DNA from: Camelus ferus
Taxonomy: Eukaryota
DNA: 64,000 nucleotides
NCBI RefSeq assembly: GCF_009834535.1
Contig: NC_045696.1
Span: 50,408,001-50,472,000, forward strand
Direction of reading: 5' to 3'
A model generated the notes under the pieces. It was not told the DNA's origin and ran no database searches. It worked only from the letters and a program-made list of their open reading frames with translations. Below, piece after piece: positions 1 to 14,381 of the stretch; position 1 is the first letter of the stretch, and each line of letters opens with the position of its first letter. The position numbers were made by a program, and so were the translations under genes.

Positions 1-1154
1 GACTTCAGATTTCTCAGAATTAGAGGTACAGCCAAGTCAACTTTAAAGATTTGCTAACATCATGCATTTAGCAAAAGGCCTAACATCTCTCCCTCTAGTG
101 CCCTTAGGAATATGTGAGTAATAAATTTATTGCCAAGATTACATGAAAGTCCTTTGTGGACTTTTCCAGTCCTTTGTGACTTTTTCAAATCTAATCGTGG
201 TTGAGCCAACAAAGGGATTACAGCCTTATCAGGAGTTTATTTTGCAAGACGGCCACATAGCTCTGCCAGTATCCTGTTTTTCCCACTACGCTTAGCTCAA
301 AGATCCCATTAAATAAAGTTGAACTCTTCAGTTATGCAGAAATATAAACAGACTTTTCAGTGTGATTTCAAGTTATATTTTCATTTAGGAAAAGATAATG
401 TTCAAATACTAAACAGTGTTGGCCTCCCATAACCCAGAAATCTGGATGTAATAGAAGAAGAAATTCTAAAATTTCTCCAGTGGAAAAAAGGCATTACATA
501 CTCAAAACATACACACACACACACACACACACTTGATAATCCATGATACCCAAAGAGTTTCTCAGTGGATAAAACATTGAGGCAAATGTATACCTGTTCA
601 TGCATGGGGCAAACATGGTAGAAAGCTTTGTAGAGTCAAGTCTGAACCATTGTTCTGATACGCAATTAGTTCAGCCTAATCTGGGCACACGGTATTTTAT
701 AAGCTTGGTAACAGGATAGCTTGAGAAAGATAGTACAGATAGGGCTGGACATCTCTACTATGTAGGTTTCCACAGACTAAAGATCTAATACTTGATCGTG
801 GTAGGCCAAACTAGTAGAATGGAATATCCATGTCCAGATACAGCTAGATCCAATCAACCACTTTAATCAAAACAAAATAATTCCCATTTCTACAAAAAAT
901 TATGAACTTAAATGCCAAGGAAGAAATCTATTGTATATCTCAGAAGCCTGCACATTATCTTTCTGCTGACAGATAGGAATTCAAGCCATATCTCCTCAGG
1001 TGCATTTCTAACAGTGCAATGATGAGTGATTCAGAAGGAGATGGTAGCAATGGAAGAGGGCTGTGGAATTTAATCTTCTGAAAGGACACTGAAAACTCCA
1101 TTCCACATTGCATTTTTGTTTGCTCACATTATGGCTATGGAAGCAGCCTCTGGC

Positions 1155-1775
1155 TATGACTGCCACATAACTGGAGAGATTGCATTTTCCAAACTGGCTG
1201 CAAAAATATCTCCCATCCTTCCTGCTCTTCTGCTATGTGATCTTGCCACTCCTCCCATGTAAGAGGGGAGCCCAGTTCCTTTTTCTTTGAATCTGGGCAG
1301 GCTTATGGCTGCTTCTACTAGGAAAGTATGGCAGAAGTGGTACTGTATGACTTCTAAGACTGGGTGAAAGCAATGTAGCATTTTCTGGTTCACTAGAATA
1401 CCTCCTCTTGGAGCCTGGAATTGCCAAGTAAGAAGTTCAACAACCATGAGGTCACTGTGCTGTCAGGAAGCCAAACCACATGGAAGCGTCACAAGAAGGT
1501 GCTGCATTCAGCAGCTCCAGTGGCATCCCCAGCAAAGAGTCAATACCAACTGTCAAACCTGTGAGTGCATCATCTTGAACATCCAGCCTAGTCTAGCCTT
1601 CAGATGACAGCAGCCCCAGTGACATCTGATTTCAACTGCTTGAAAAACCCCAATCCAGAATCAGCTAGCCACGCTCTTTCCAAATTTCCAATCCAAAAAA
1701 TAACGAGCAAAATAAAATGGCTGTTTTAAGGCACTAAGTTTGGGGGTAATTTGTTATGCAACAATAGTAGCCCAA
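1155..1775 (+). mobile_element. MaLR LTR (MLT1-type)
   Basis: Typical 3' end 'ttaaggcactaagtttgggggtaatttgttatgcaacaatag'; subfamily not resolved. Confidence 0.7.
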
Positions 1776-3529
1776 ACAGAATTATTTCAGAGTTACCCAT
1801 ACTTCCTATTATTCAGACTGCTTCAGAATCTAAGAAAATCAGAAGTTTCTGGTCACCTTCAGGAAAGGAGTGTCTTTTCTGAGACACTTGACCTTGACCT
1901 TTCCAACACCCTGGTGTTCCTAGAATTTGCTAACACCTAATGGACCTGACAAGCAATCAGACAGAGAAAATTATCTTCACCAGAACTTTCCAAGAGAGAC
2001 TTCTCTATGTATTTGGAAAAATCCATTTTAATCAACTACATGGTAGAAATGAGATGACAGTAGGCTGAATGAGACATTCTGTCCATGTTCAGAGAGCAAT
2101 AAATAGTTGCTAAACTTCCTTCTAAGGAAGGGGGGTCCTATTCATAGCAGACACTTGCTTTGTTAAGCACCTAGTTGATCAGGGATTGCAAGTTTAGGAA
2201 AAGAACTGAATAACTCAGCAAAATAGAGGAAACTGGACCATATTTGGAAAAAGTGAAAAGGAGAACACCATGTTTGCTGAGTAGCCAAAATGAAAACTTT
2301 GGGGAACAGAGATATTCTGCAATGCTTTGAAAGTTGGTGTTGAGTGTGTAAGGAAAATTTTACCCCGTTATCCCTACCAGAATTTCAGTAAGTATTACAT
2401 TGCACAGTCATTCTCTTATTGCAAGTGGTTTACAGAAATGTAGAGATATTGAGGTTAACAAGTGGATGAAAAAAGACTATATAGGGACCAGGCAATATCT
2501 AGGTTACCCACATATTGGTAAAGATGTAGCAGGAACAAAACATTTTTTTTGAAAAAGGAAAGAAAACTGCAAAAAAAAATTTTACCCTAAGCTATCACCC
2601 AGTCATGGAAGGCCCATTTTAAAGGAAGAGTTTTACAAATACTGTCCCCTAAAGATTGAGAGAGCGGACAGGCACACTCAGAAGTGCGAAGAACTGATCA
2701 GTATATTCCTCCCCTGGTGCTAACGGTTATTTAGTTTTAAAGGAGAAGAAATTTGTGGGGAAAGTTGGGCTGTGGATACACAGAAAGGGTCATACAACAT
2801 AGTCCCATAAAAATGGCTTAGTACTTTTAGCAAATGCTAAATGTGAATTTTGTCTCTTGTTATCTCTTTCAACCCTTTCAAAATTTTCCTCTTATCTATC
2901 CCACTTTTAGGGAACAAGCTACAATGTGATTCTGTTCTGATGAACAAATCTGCACTGCATTGTTAATAGCTGGTAATAAGTGTATTTTATGTATTCACCT
3001 CCTGGTCATTTGCCTTTGTAGCCTATATGAACTTTACCCCACAATCTTGGATGTGAGAGAAGTATACCATTTCTTTGCTTTCTTCTAATTAAGTCCAAGT
3101 TTGAGCCTCTTTCCTCCTGAAACTGGAGGAAAAATTCAGCGTCTATCATTATTGGGGTTGATGCGGAGAATCTTCTCCTTCTTAGGCTCCATCTATAATC
3201 TAGGAGCCTGATGTGGTTCCTCAAAATAGAGGGAAAAGTCACAGGCCTTCTGTCCATCCTGACCTGCTGATATACGTTGTGCAGACTGCCTTGCTCTGAA
3301 GTTTGGTGGCTCCATAGTTTTCTCTGCCTCATACAGGTAGAGAAAATGTAGGTAAGGCAGTAACCTTGTGCTAGGGTCCAGCCTCCTTAGGGGCAGCTTT
3401 TCTGAGTCCTGCCTCCCACCTGGGTTTCTTTCATGGTGCAGGATTCACCATGCAGAATTCAATTCTCTCCAATCTTGAAGAGTCTCCCTTCTTAGAGGAC
3501 ACTCACTTCCCTCTCATTTCCGTAGTATA

Positions 3530-3874
3530 CAGTCAGCCCTCCATATCTGTGTGTTCCGCATCTGTGGACTCAGCCAACTGCAGATGAAGAATACTTGAGG
3601 AAAAAAATCCAGAAAATTCCAAAAAGCAAAATTTGAATTTGCTGTATCAGCAGCTATTTACATAGTATTTACATTGTATTAACAAATATTTACATAGCAT
3701 TTACATTGTATTAGGTATTGTAAGTAATCTAGAGATGATTTAAAGTATACAGGAGAATGGAGTAGGTTATATGCAAATACTATGCCATTTTATATGGGGG
3801 ATATGAGCATCCACAGATTTTGGTATCTGGTGGGGGTCCTGGAACCAATCTCCCAAGATACCAAAGGATGACTG
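3530..3874 (-). mobile_element. MER2-like TcMar-Tigger non-autonomous DNA transposon
   Basis: TA|CAGTC...GACTG|TA terminal inverted repeats with TA target duplication, 345 bp, internal 'gggggtcctggaaccaatc'. Confidence 0.85.
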
Positions 3875-6800
3875 TAATCCTCTCAAGGAGATCAGTCCTT
3901 GGGGACATAAAAGCCAGAAAGAGCCACTGTCTATAGTCATTTTTGCTTCCTGCACCCACAGCACCACCCTCCCCTGAGCCAAGGGAGAGACTCAGAAGGC
4001 AAAGCCACCTTCCTGGGAGAGGGAGAGAAAAACACACTGCAAAAAGAAAACACAAATTAATGTTTCAACAAAACATTCAAACATGTATTCAACAAGATAC
4101 TACAAAAGTAGTAATATTTTCACCCAAACGAACGGGAATTTTAAAATGGGTCCTCTAGTACTCCTAAGGTATGGACCAAGGTCCCTCTCCAGAAAGGCTC
4201 TGCCCAAGTTTGAAGCACAACGCACTTGAGAAAATCCTGCATTTAGGGATGTTATTCTTAGAGTCTCCTCTTGAGAGAAGAGACATGCCTGCAGGGACAC
4301 AGGCCGGAATCATCTCGGAGCAGTTAGCACTCAGGAAGACATTTTCCTGCCCCAGCCCCTGTCTCCACAAGAGCGTCAGCAGTAATTCTGGGTTAGTTGG
4401 CCAAAGGCAGGCCTTGCCCTACCTGACTCCTGCCAGAAGCAGCTGCCTTTGAAAACTGCAAAAATAGCTTTCTGTGTTAGGAGGAAGCAACCGGACCCCT
4501 GGCAAGAGCAGACCTCAAACTTCCTTCTTGCCACTGGTTTATAGTCAGCATGGAATAGGGAAAATGAGGTCAAGGAGCCGCTGTTGTTGCCTTCTTTATG
4601 GGCCCAGGTGCCCAGACACATGATCTTCAGAACTAGATACCTTGATCACTGCCTTGGTGCCCATGAGACTTAAACTCTGATATGTGACTTCAGAGGGGTT
4701 CTGCCAAAACCCCCTGTTGTCCTTCCAAGAATGGCAAAGTTCGAAGTCTAAAAGGTATAGGTTTTCATATCCAAACGAAAAGAGGTATTCTAGCAACGCA
4801 CAGGTTATGTTTCCATAGGGCACTTTTTCTTGCATTTCTTTTTGATCAAACAACAAACAACCCAAGCGCTTAGTCTCTGGCTTCTTATTTCTTTTAGCAG
4901 CCTCACTTTACAGGTGAGGTGAACTGAGGCTCAGAGGGATTAAGTGACTCAGTTCAGGTCTCACAGCTAATAAATTACATAGTTCAGGACTGTGAGCTGA
5001 GATTTCTGGTTGGCTTTATCCATTTGTGATCTTTTTGGATATATATTTCAGTAAAACATTTTTAGGTTAATTTGTTATTTTAAGATGATGCTTGAAGAAG
5101 ACTGAAACTTCCTAATATTAAAAGAGGCTGAATCCCTGTTAGGAAAAGCAGACATGTATTTATGAAATTCTAAACAAATTATCTGTTATTTGGCAGACAT
5201 AAATAGATCACGGTTGACAAGGGAAGTCTAAACAAATCTCTTAACTATTATACAAAGAATCACTTTCTGTTTATGAGCTGTTAGCTCAATTTAAGCATTA
5301 GTATATATATTGGGTGTGGGTGTGTGTGTGGGAGGTGTCCATGGGGTAAACAAATAAGCTTTAATATAGAGCTGGGTAAAGCCAAATAAAAAGCACATTG
5401 TACACAGCAGAACAACTAGAGTGTTCTCTAGCTTTGAAAAACATTGTGGCCAAACAAAATGTTCTGCCAGGGGCAACATGGGTTAGTGTTCTGTCATCTC
5501 ACTATGAGCAGGTTATTTTCAGTTTCTATTGGCCTTCAAGGCCCAGCCTAATAAACTCTGTTCTTGTGTACCCGTGTTTAATAACAAGACTAACAGTTCC
5601 ATTTGGGGAACTGAGAAGGGAGGAGCTAATTTTCAATTCCTTTCACAGAAGTGTGCCTTTTTCAGAAAAATTCTTAGTCCTGAACAAGTAAAGAGGGGAA
5701 TAAGATATGTTTCCTTTTGAGACATTGTAGCATTTTTAAAGCACTTTTTTCAGTTGATAGAGGATTTTATTAGGACTAGGTAATAGTAACCACTGTTAAT
5801 TGCATTCTTACTATGCGCAAGTACCATACAGACATGATCTCAATCGCCAAGGAAGGCTCAGGACAAAGGCAACATTTGTCATGTGTTTAGAGACAGAATT
5901 GGGGGTTCAGGGATAATTTACTTAAAATGACCTGTGGAAAGTGATGGAGCTCTCTGACCTCAGCTCGTCTTTCTGACCCCAAAGCCTGAATCAATATGCT
6001 ATACTACCTCTCATCTAGACACTAGGGAAAGGATAAATTATCCACATGGGAGAGCTGGGAGTCAGCGCTCGATGACCAGGAACCAAGCTGCAATCAGCCA
6101 TCCCTCCAAATTAGAGGACAACTGTAATTTTGATCTTTGCTTTGAAGGGAATTCTTTCTTGTAAGTGCAGCCTGTATTTTTCCAGTTTTCAGCTGGGTAT
6201 ATTGGGGAAAAAAAGATACTAAAATTTAATTGCTTTGCTGAAAACACCTCTTTTTTCATCTTTTGGAGCATAGGGAAAAAACAGCCACATAACATTATAT
6301 CAGAATTATTCACATGCAAAAACTTCTTCTGAGTTAATCAGGTAAAGATGATTCTGTCCTAAAGAAAAATCATGTTGAAATTCAGATGTGTCTAAAATGA
6401 AGGTATCTATAGAAACTTTGCTACCAGTGGCATCAATGGCTTTAAATCAAAATAGTCTTGTTCTTTAAATCAAAATGTTCTTGCAAAGTAAAAATGGTAG
6501 CACCAAAAATTGTGAAACTGTGATTACTTTGCCTGCTTGGCAGTAATATGGATGAATGTTGTGGACATAATAAGAAAGAAACAGAAATTTCAGAAGGATA
6601 CATAAATATGAGTCCTTTTATATAGAATTTATGCAAAATTAAATAATATATTTTATAAGGAAACAAACATATATAGAGGCTATTGAGAATTTCATGACAA
6701 TGATACAGCCCCAAATTCAGGACAGTAGTTATCTCTGGAGGGGAGAAAAGGAGATGAAATCTGGATGGGACACGCAAGGATCTTTAACTGTGTTTCTCAA

Positions 6801-7179
6801 GTTGCATTACTTAAGCTGGGAGATGGCTGAGATTTTTCTCTTTTACTGTTTATATCTTCTGGTTTTTTGAAATATTTTGTGAATTTTAAAATTTCCCTTG
6901 AGATCCCCCTCCAAATGGGTGAAGAATAGGTCTACTCATCATTTTTGGAGTACATTGCCTTCTCTTGACCATTCTGTGTCTGAGTTCCTGAGAACTTACA
7001 TCTCAGATGAAACAACAAAGACAACTCACAAAATCCCACTCTGGAAGAAAATGAAGCTGTCCCGAATCAGCAGCCTGGCCCCCTCTTCAACAGCACCCAT
7101 AAACTCACTAGTGTGGATTCTATGCTCTGTCCCTTAGCTGGGGAGCTGGTGGGGAAGGGACAGTGACTTTCAAAGACAG

Positions 7180-8460
7180 ATAGATTTGGGTTTGAATTAT
7201 AGCCTTGCCACTTTCTAGCCTCAATTTCCTCATCCATAAAATGGACCTAGTAAGACAGACTTCCTTATTGGATTTTTGTTTTTTGAAGAATGGAATTAGT
7301 TACCACATGCAAAGTGCCTGGCATGCAATAAATGCTCATAAATAATGTTGCTGTGATTTATATAAATCATCAGTCCAGGACAGTCTGTTCTGATCCTTTT
7401 TCTTGTTCTTACTTTCTCCCAGATGTCTAACATTTTCAAATGTGTCCTGTAACTAAATATTTTCATTCAAATCACTTTCCTGAGACTTAGGGTAACATGC
7501 ATCCTAATTCATTGTTTAGATAGTCCATTTTCAAGTTATTTCTGGACTTAAAAAAAATTAAAATGCTCTACTTATTCATGTTTCTTTCATTTTTAAAGTA
7601 CTACTTGAGGTCAGGAGACCATTACCTCAGAGTGCTCTGACATTACTAAAACAAATTACGCTGGGTCACTGTAAGGGGAGCCCTAACACTCATTCTGACA
7701 GAGGAGGCCTGGAGGCCCCCTGAGAAGGAGTGAAACAATGGATCTCTTGTTGGCTGACACATGACATTATTTAGAGATAGCTTGTTTTGCTAATATGATT
7801 GGATGGTCCCAGCCATATATAAAAACATTCTAACCCACAGTGATTTGCTTGACAAGTGTCCCACAACAAGGTAGTTAACAAGACTGAAGGGCATGTGTCT
7901 AGTTAGGGGTAGAGCTTATTTAAAGATTGCATCATTTGCTGATGAGAGCCCTTCCTTGGGAATACTAAAACCCTAATGTTAATGGGAAAATTACTTACTT
8001 GAGCCAGAGATTGTAGGTTTGAAATTTTACTCTACCACTTTCTGTTGATGTGGCCTGAGTATATGGTTTAATTTCCAAGCCTCCATTTCTACATTTGTAA
8101 AGTATGGATAATAATATGTATCTCAAGGAATTCTGATAAGATTTCAGTGAATACTATGAAAGAATTAGGAACAGAGACAGATGCATAGCAGGCATTTAAC
8201 AGATGTCAGGTGAAATACTATTTGATTCAGTACATCAACTTGCACACGTATCCTCAAATTTCAGACCCTAGTTTCAAGACGGTAGGGATGATAGTGGAGT
8301 GGAAAAGGTGTTAGACTTTGAGTCAAAAAGAATAACTATTCTGTATTTCTTATTTGCTGTGTCACTTTGGACAAATTTCTCAACTTTTCTGAGTCTTATT
8401 TTCTTAATGTGCAAAGTAAGGCATAATGATATCTTCTGTCTCTACTTTCTAGGATTACTG
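7180..8460. mobile_element. Cluster of MIR SINE fragments (about 7180-7350, 7990-8210, 8290-8460)
   Basis: MIR core-like motifs such as 'cctcaatttcctcatccataaaatgg' and 'gagtcttattttcttaatgtgcaaagtaagg'. Confidence 0.55.
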
Positions 8461-9149
8461 ACAGAGGCAAGTTTGTTTTTGTTTCTCCAAATTTCAGATT
8501 CTGTCTTCCTTCTGTTTCTAAAAGTGACAACTATTATTAAGCATGTGTTTGTGTTTTCTCAAATTACTACCTTCTAATAGAATGAATAGCCATCAAGAGA
8601 ATCCAGTGGAAGAACTACAGCTGGGTTCTGGAATTCTGTAGTTCTCACTGAGGGAACACTTTATATGAAAAGGCAAACAGAACACTAGTTTCTCCACATA
8701 GAACACTAGTAACAGCGATGATTGAGATAATTATTTATCTCTGGAGAAATTCCATCACCTTCTGTGACCTTATGCTTTCAAGTTCAATAAGATGGAATGA
8801 TTCCATAATAATTTGAATCCCAGAACTACTTTTACTAAGAGTCTGAGAAATAGTTTCTGAACACTCTACAAATCAAATTTTATAGCCAGTTGGCTTCATT
8901 GTTGGGTAAATCAAAGGATAAGGTTCATGAAATACTGAGCTCTTTAAGGGCTCAGACCCAGTGACTTGGGTGGTATTCTAGAACATGTGGTATGTGTGAA
9001 AGTTTATATAATATTGCCTGGAGGACAATAACTTGAGTTAGATTTTAATTTAATTGAGTAGAAAATGCTTAAGTTAATTTATCTTCTTCCATTGGGAAAA
9101 AAAAAATAAACCCTCCTTAGTTTCTAAATAGTACATAAAGACATCCTCA

Positions 9150-9900
9150 CTTGAAAAAAGTTTAAATCTTACGAAGTTTAAGCCCCTTTTGTCACCACTT
9201 TCCTTCTAAAAGGTGACTACTGTTACTAGTTCGTTGTATGTCTTTTCAGAACTCCTTTCCCTGTGTTTTAATACATAATGTATTTACAGAAACAAATAGT
9301 TTTTTTAGTATATACTTGTACATAAATAATACAAACTTACTAGCTTTTTACTTTGCAGTATGTATTAGTCAGCATGCAGACAGCCACCTCATTCTTTTTA
9401 ACTGTTGCATGGTACTCTGCAGTATAAATGCACTATCATTCATTTAACATTTACCTATAGACTTATAAGTGAATCATTTCAAATATTTTGTTCTTACAGC
9501 TACTGCCACAATAAATATATTTGATCTAGCCTTTTAGGCATATGAGTAAATACAAAAAAGTAATTACTGATCATAGGATATACACATTTAAAATTATAAC
9601 ACTGTCAAATTACCTTTCAAGATGTCTACACCAGTTAATACTCTGACCAGTAGTGAATCATGGTATCTACTTACTTCCCTGTACTTTTGCCAACATTTGA
9701 TATAAAATATTTCAATTTCTTACTTAATGACAGGAAAATGGTATCTCATTGCTGTCTTCATTTGTATTTCTTTGGTTAGTAGTAACATTGGGCATCTTTT
9801 CATAAATGTATTGATTATTTTCTCTTTAATAAGCTACCTGTTAATACATTCATAACCTCTTTCTGTACTTTATTCTATTCTTTCAATCTATTTGCATTTT
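9150..9900 (-). mobile_element. Old L1 3' fragment
   Basis: Antisense L1-like 'tggtatctcattgctgtcttcatttgtatttctttggttagtagt'. Confidence 0.55.
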
Positions 9901-12357
9901 TCTATGTAGATATTTTAATATTTTAATATCTTGGGGGAAGGGTCTCATCTTCCATCTATATCGATCTTTTTATTCGTAAATTTCTTACACAAGGAAATAG
10001 CTAATTGTGCATTACCCCTGTGACCAGATGACAGCTACTACTCTCCATCTCTTAGAGATGAGGAAATAAAACTACAAAATGTATAAAGCGAGATCTAAAA
10101 GGAGGTCTTTGGGTCCAGTGCCTTTCCTTCTGAAGTTCTGCAATTATACCCAGTTGCCACAGAAGCCCATAATACTTAAGGGGAAGTAATTTGGGTAAGA
10201 ATGATCTAATTTAAACTCATCATTTCACAGATGAGCAAGTCAAGGTATGAGAAGATGAAACACCTATGAGCTGATACTGGAAACAGGTATTCAGGCTCCA
10301 GGTGGGATTCTTTCCTCTAATTCATGTAGGTTTCTATAATAACAGCATTTCATAGAAAATTCTAGTGTTTTGTCCTGATCAATCACCTGGAAGGGGAAGA
10401 GAATTCTAAACTCATTATCAGACCTTCAATTTTTCCCCATTCTCTTAACTCACAAAAAAAAGGGAAATAAAATTGTTAAAATTGAGACCAGACACATGAA
10501 AATTAAAGCCCAAGAGTCTTTTATATCTTTATACTCACTCTGAAAAAGACAAAGGAAATAGAAACATCCTTGGTTAAAATGATGTATTCTGTTTCTCAAC
10601 TGTCCATCTACAGGGTATCTCAAGTTTGTCATGAATGGTGTTGCGTCATGTTTTGAATGAGCGGGCACAACTATCTTGAGGACTTCTCTGGAACAGAAGC
10701 TGATTCAAAGTCTTCCTTTTATTTGGACCTTTCACATCTTGACTTGCCAGGAGACACGTGAACGTTGCATTTCAACAGCCGTCTTATTTCACTTGATAAT
10801 ACTTTTCTTTACCTGGGCAAAAGATAGGAATGGATTAACCTGTGTCACAAACTTCAAAATTGTTGTAGCTACTCTTGGAAAAATAGATATAAAAGGCTTC
10901 CCTTAAATAGACAGTAATACAGATCTTCTGCAGGGTAAGTTACATAGCAGGAGGGAAAAAGGCCACTTACAGGGGCGTGAGCCACAGAGCCTGAATGAAT
11001 AATTCCTGATTATTCCTGAGTACTTAAATGGGCCATTTTACAGCCTTCATATGTTCCATTTTTAGTCCTTAGGCAAATTCTTTAAGCTTTTTGGTTGCAT
11101 TTTCCATTTCAGTTTGTTTTAAATAATAGATCAGAACACATGTCTTGAATAGCCTGAGATCTAAAACATATGTTTGTGCAGTGAGACCACAGAGGTAGAA
11201 CTACAGAACCTGAAGCCAGTTTTATTTTTAGCAGACACTTTAGATGTCTGTTCAACACATTTATTTGAAAAGCAGTGTTTGTTCATCCAATATGTCATGC
11301 TGTCAAGAAACATACCAAAAAAAAAAAAAAAAAGACCAAGTTCCTGTCCTCCAGGAGCATATAATCTTGTTGGAAAGCAAATGTCTCAATCCTAAATGCC
11401 CCTTCTCCCTGCACAGAGAATACCAGTTTAAAGAACTAGAGGTTCAAAAAAAGGTAATGGGAGTGAAGTCAAATTGAAAAGGAGTGCACTTCCCCCTTTA
11501 GCCACTCTCAAGCCAAAGAAGATTCCTTACCGGTTACTTTTGGGCCCTTTAACAAGAGCCATAGACTTGTCAACTATATGGATGACTCAGGTCTAATTTA
11601 CAAAGACACTTTTGTCCCCTATAGGACTGCATTTCTCCTATTCATGCACATACTTTCCTGGCTCTAGAGAAAAAACTTGGTACGAAAACCCATTTCTCAG
11701 GTCTGCATACCTTCTTCTCTTGGTGAGGAAGTTTCCATCTGCTCAGATATTCCTCCCTTGAACCTTATGTCTTTCTTCACTAACTTGGCAGACCATTTCC
11801 TGCTCCTTCTTAAGATTTCTGATACTAAGACAATTATACTTCTTCCTCTTCCCTTCCCAATTTTCTGGAAGGTTGAGGAAGTAACAGTATTGTAGGAAAA
11901 CCCTGAGTTAGAACTCTGGCTCTCCACCACTTAATAATTTGAGCTTCAATGTTGTTGATTGTAAAATATATAAAGTCATTAATAGTTACCTGCCTTGGCA
12001 GATTGTTGAAATGACTGAGGTATGTAAAGCAGGTGCCTCTATAAGTATTGGCTTCTGCCCCCTTTTCCTCATTTAAGCTTAAATTCCTCCTCTAGGCTGC
12101 AGAGTATACCATTCTGGTCTGTAGTCACCTTTCTTATTTTTTAGATAAATTTCCATGGCTCAAGCCCCTGAATATCTCCCTGGACCAGTTTTCTCTGTCC
12201 TGTGAGTATTGCCTTCACTTGACTCAACCAGTTTACCTCGAAGTGAAGCTCAGCTTTTCCCACCACCACCATCACTCATTGTTGTAAACTCTTAATCACA
12301 GTGCTACCTTTCCAGGCCTTCTCCATTGTGAACCTCCTACAGGTCCTGGTAAACTGG

Positions 12358-12755
12358 TGAATTAGTTTGTTAGGGATGCCAAAACAAAATCCCATAGACT
12401 GGATGGCTTCAGCAACAGAAATTTATTTTTCTGCAGCTCTAAAGACAGATTTGGTTTATTCTGAGACGTGGTTCCTTATCTTACAAATGTCCGTCTTTCC
12501 ACTGTGTCCTGAGATGGTCTTTCTTCTGTGTGTGTACGCTCTGATATCTCTGTGTGTGTCCTGTTCTCGCTTATTTTAAGGACACCTTAGATTAGCTTAG
12601 CTTAGATTAGATTGTAGAGCCCATCATAATAGCCTCACTTTAACTTAATCACCTTTTTAAACGTCCTATCTCCAAATACAGTCACATTCTGAGGTTCAGG
12701 GGTTTAGGGCTTCAACATGTGAATTTTAGAGGGATACAATTCAGTCCATGACAAC
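12358..12755 (-). mobile_element. MaLR LTR (MLT1A/B/C-like)
   Basis: 'ctatctccaaatacagtcacattctgagg...gggcttcaacatgtgaatttt...acaattcagtccatgaca'. Confidence 0.75.
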
Positions 12756-13884
12756 TGGTTCTTTGGCAAGGGAATGGAGAGGGAGCCCTGATTTGCAGCA
12801 TGGTGCAAGTACTCCCACCATGGCTTACTTCAGGCAACCAATCATTTAATAACCAGTTCACAAATATCAATCACACAAGCTGGTAAGAGCTGGTTCCAGC
12901 ACACAGCTGACACAGATTCCGGCCAAATGCTCCTTCTTTTATTCAAGGAGGTCTCCTTGTATTCTGCAGCCATCATCAGACTTCATGGGACCTTCTACTG
13001 TGTTCTTCTAGCAAGGGACACTTGGAGTTTATAGCCCATTTGCAGTGCAGAAATGCTTGAGGTACCCTTAAGCTCAGTAAATTCCCCAGCCCTTCCACAA
13101 CTATATTACAAATCCACTTCCTTCATCAGGATGGCAACCCATTCTTTCTACCCTTGAGAAATTGGTTATTGAGAAGTGTTTTTTTTTTTCTTTCTTTCTT
13201 TCTTTCTTATCACGTTAAATGCAGTGATACTTATTTAAACCCTGAGATATATATACAAATAATTTCACTTAGGGCCAAAGGGGGAAAAAACCTGTTAAAA
13301 TTCTCCCCATTTCTCAAGCGATCTTGTGAGAGCAGTAGGGTGAAAAGAGAATGAGTCAAATTCAGGAGAGGCAAAACATGAAAAAGGCTAAGACTTATGC
13401 TAGCATGAAAGATAATGGTCTTTATGTTTTACCATTAGTGTCCAGAACTGCATGACTGCTCATAATACTAAGTAACAAGAATCTAATACTTCTAAATAAT
13501 TTTAAATCTTTTTAAGCAGGTAGAACTCCAGCCACATAACTGCACCAAGAAGAACAAATCCCCTTACATTTCTAATTTATCATTTTATTCTGACAGCTTT
13601 GGAAGAGTAACAGGAAGTATCTTTTGATGAAGAAATTCCAAACTGGCTTCAGATGAAAAAAATTCTTGAATCTATTTTGTGAGACACTTTCAGTTTCTGG
13701 AGTTTGTTTAATCATCATAATTTAGTAGATTCAGCAAAGTTTTTGGCCTTCACATCATGTAATTATAACCTCATTCCAAATTTGTGTCTACATATCTCAG
13801 AGTCACATGAACAGTGGATCTATTTGACTTTCCACTTTGTCTATGAAATTAACCAGATAATTATCAAATTTCTATTATGCTTGG

Positions 13885-14381
13885 TGTGATTGCAGTCACC
13901 AATGATCCTTTTCTCCTGGTGTTCATGCCCTTATGCCATCCTTTCCTACACTAAATAGGATTGACCTGTGTAACCAGTAGAATATTATGCATAAATGTCA
14001 TAGGAGACATTGCAGCTTCTGCTTTGCTCTCTCTTGGATCATTAACAACTTCCATATCATGAGAACTCTCAAACAGCCCTACAGAGAGATCTATATGGAG
14101 AGGGACAGAGGCCTTCTGCCAACCCCAGGCATCAACTGTCAGCATGAATGTGAGCCCTCTTGGAAGTGGATCCTCCAGCTCCAGTCAAGCCTTCAAATGA
14201 TTGCAGCCCCAGCTGACATCTTGACTGTAAGCTCATGAGAGATCCCAAGCTAGAACCACCAGCTAAGCTGACCTTGAATTCCTGACCCATAGAAACTGTT
14301 TAAAATAATAAATGCTTCTTTCTATTTTAAACTGCTAAGTTTGGGGGGTAATTCGTTATGCAGCAGTAGAAAACTAATACA
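13885..14381 (+). mobile_element. MaLR LTR (MLT1-type)
   Basis: 3' end 'ctaagtttgggggtaattcgttatgcagcagtagaaaactaataca'. Confidence 0.75.
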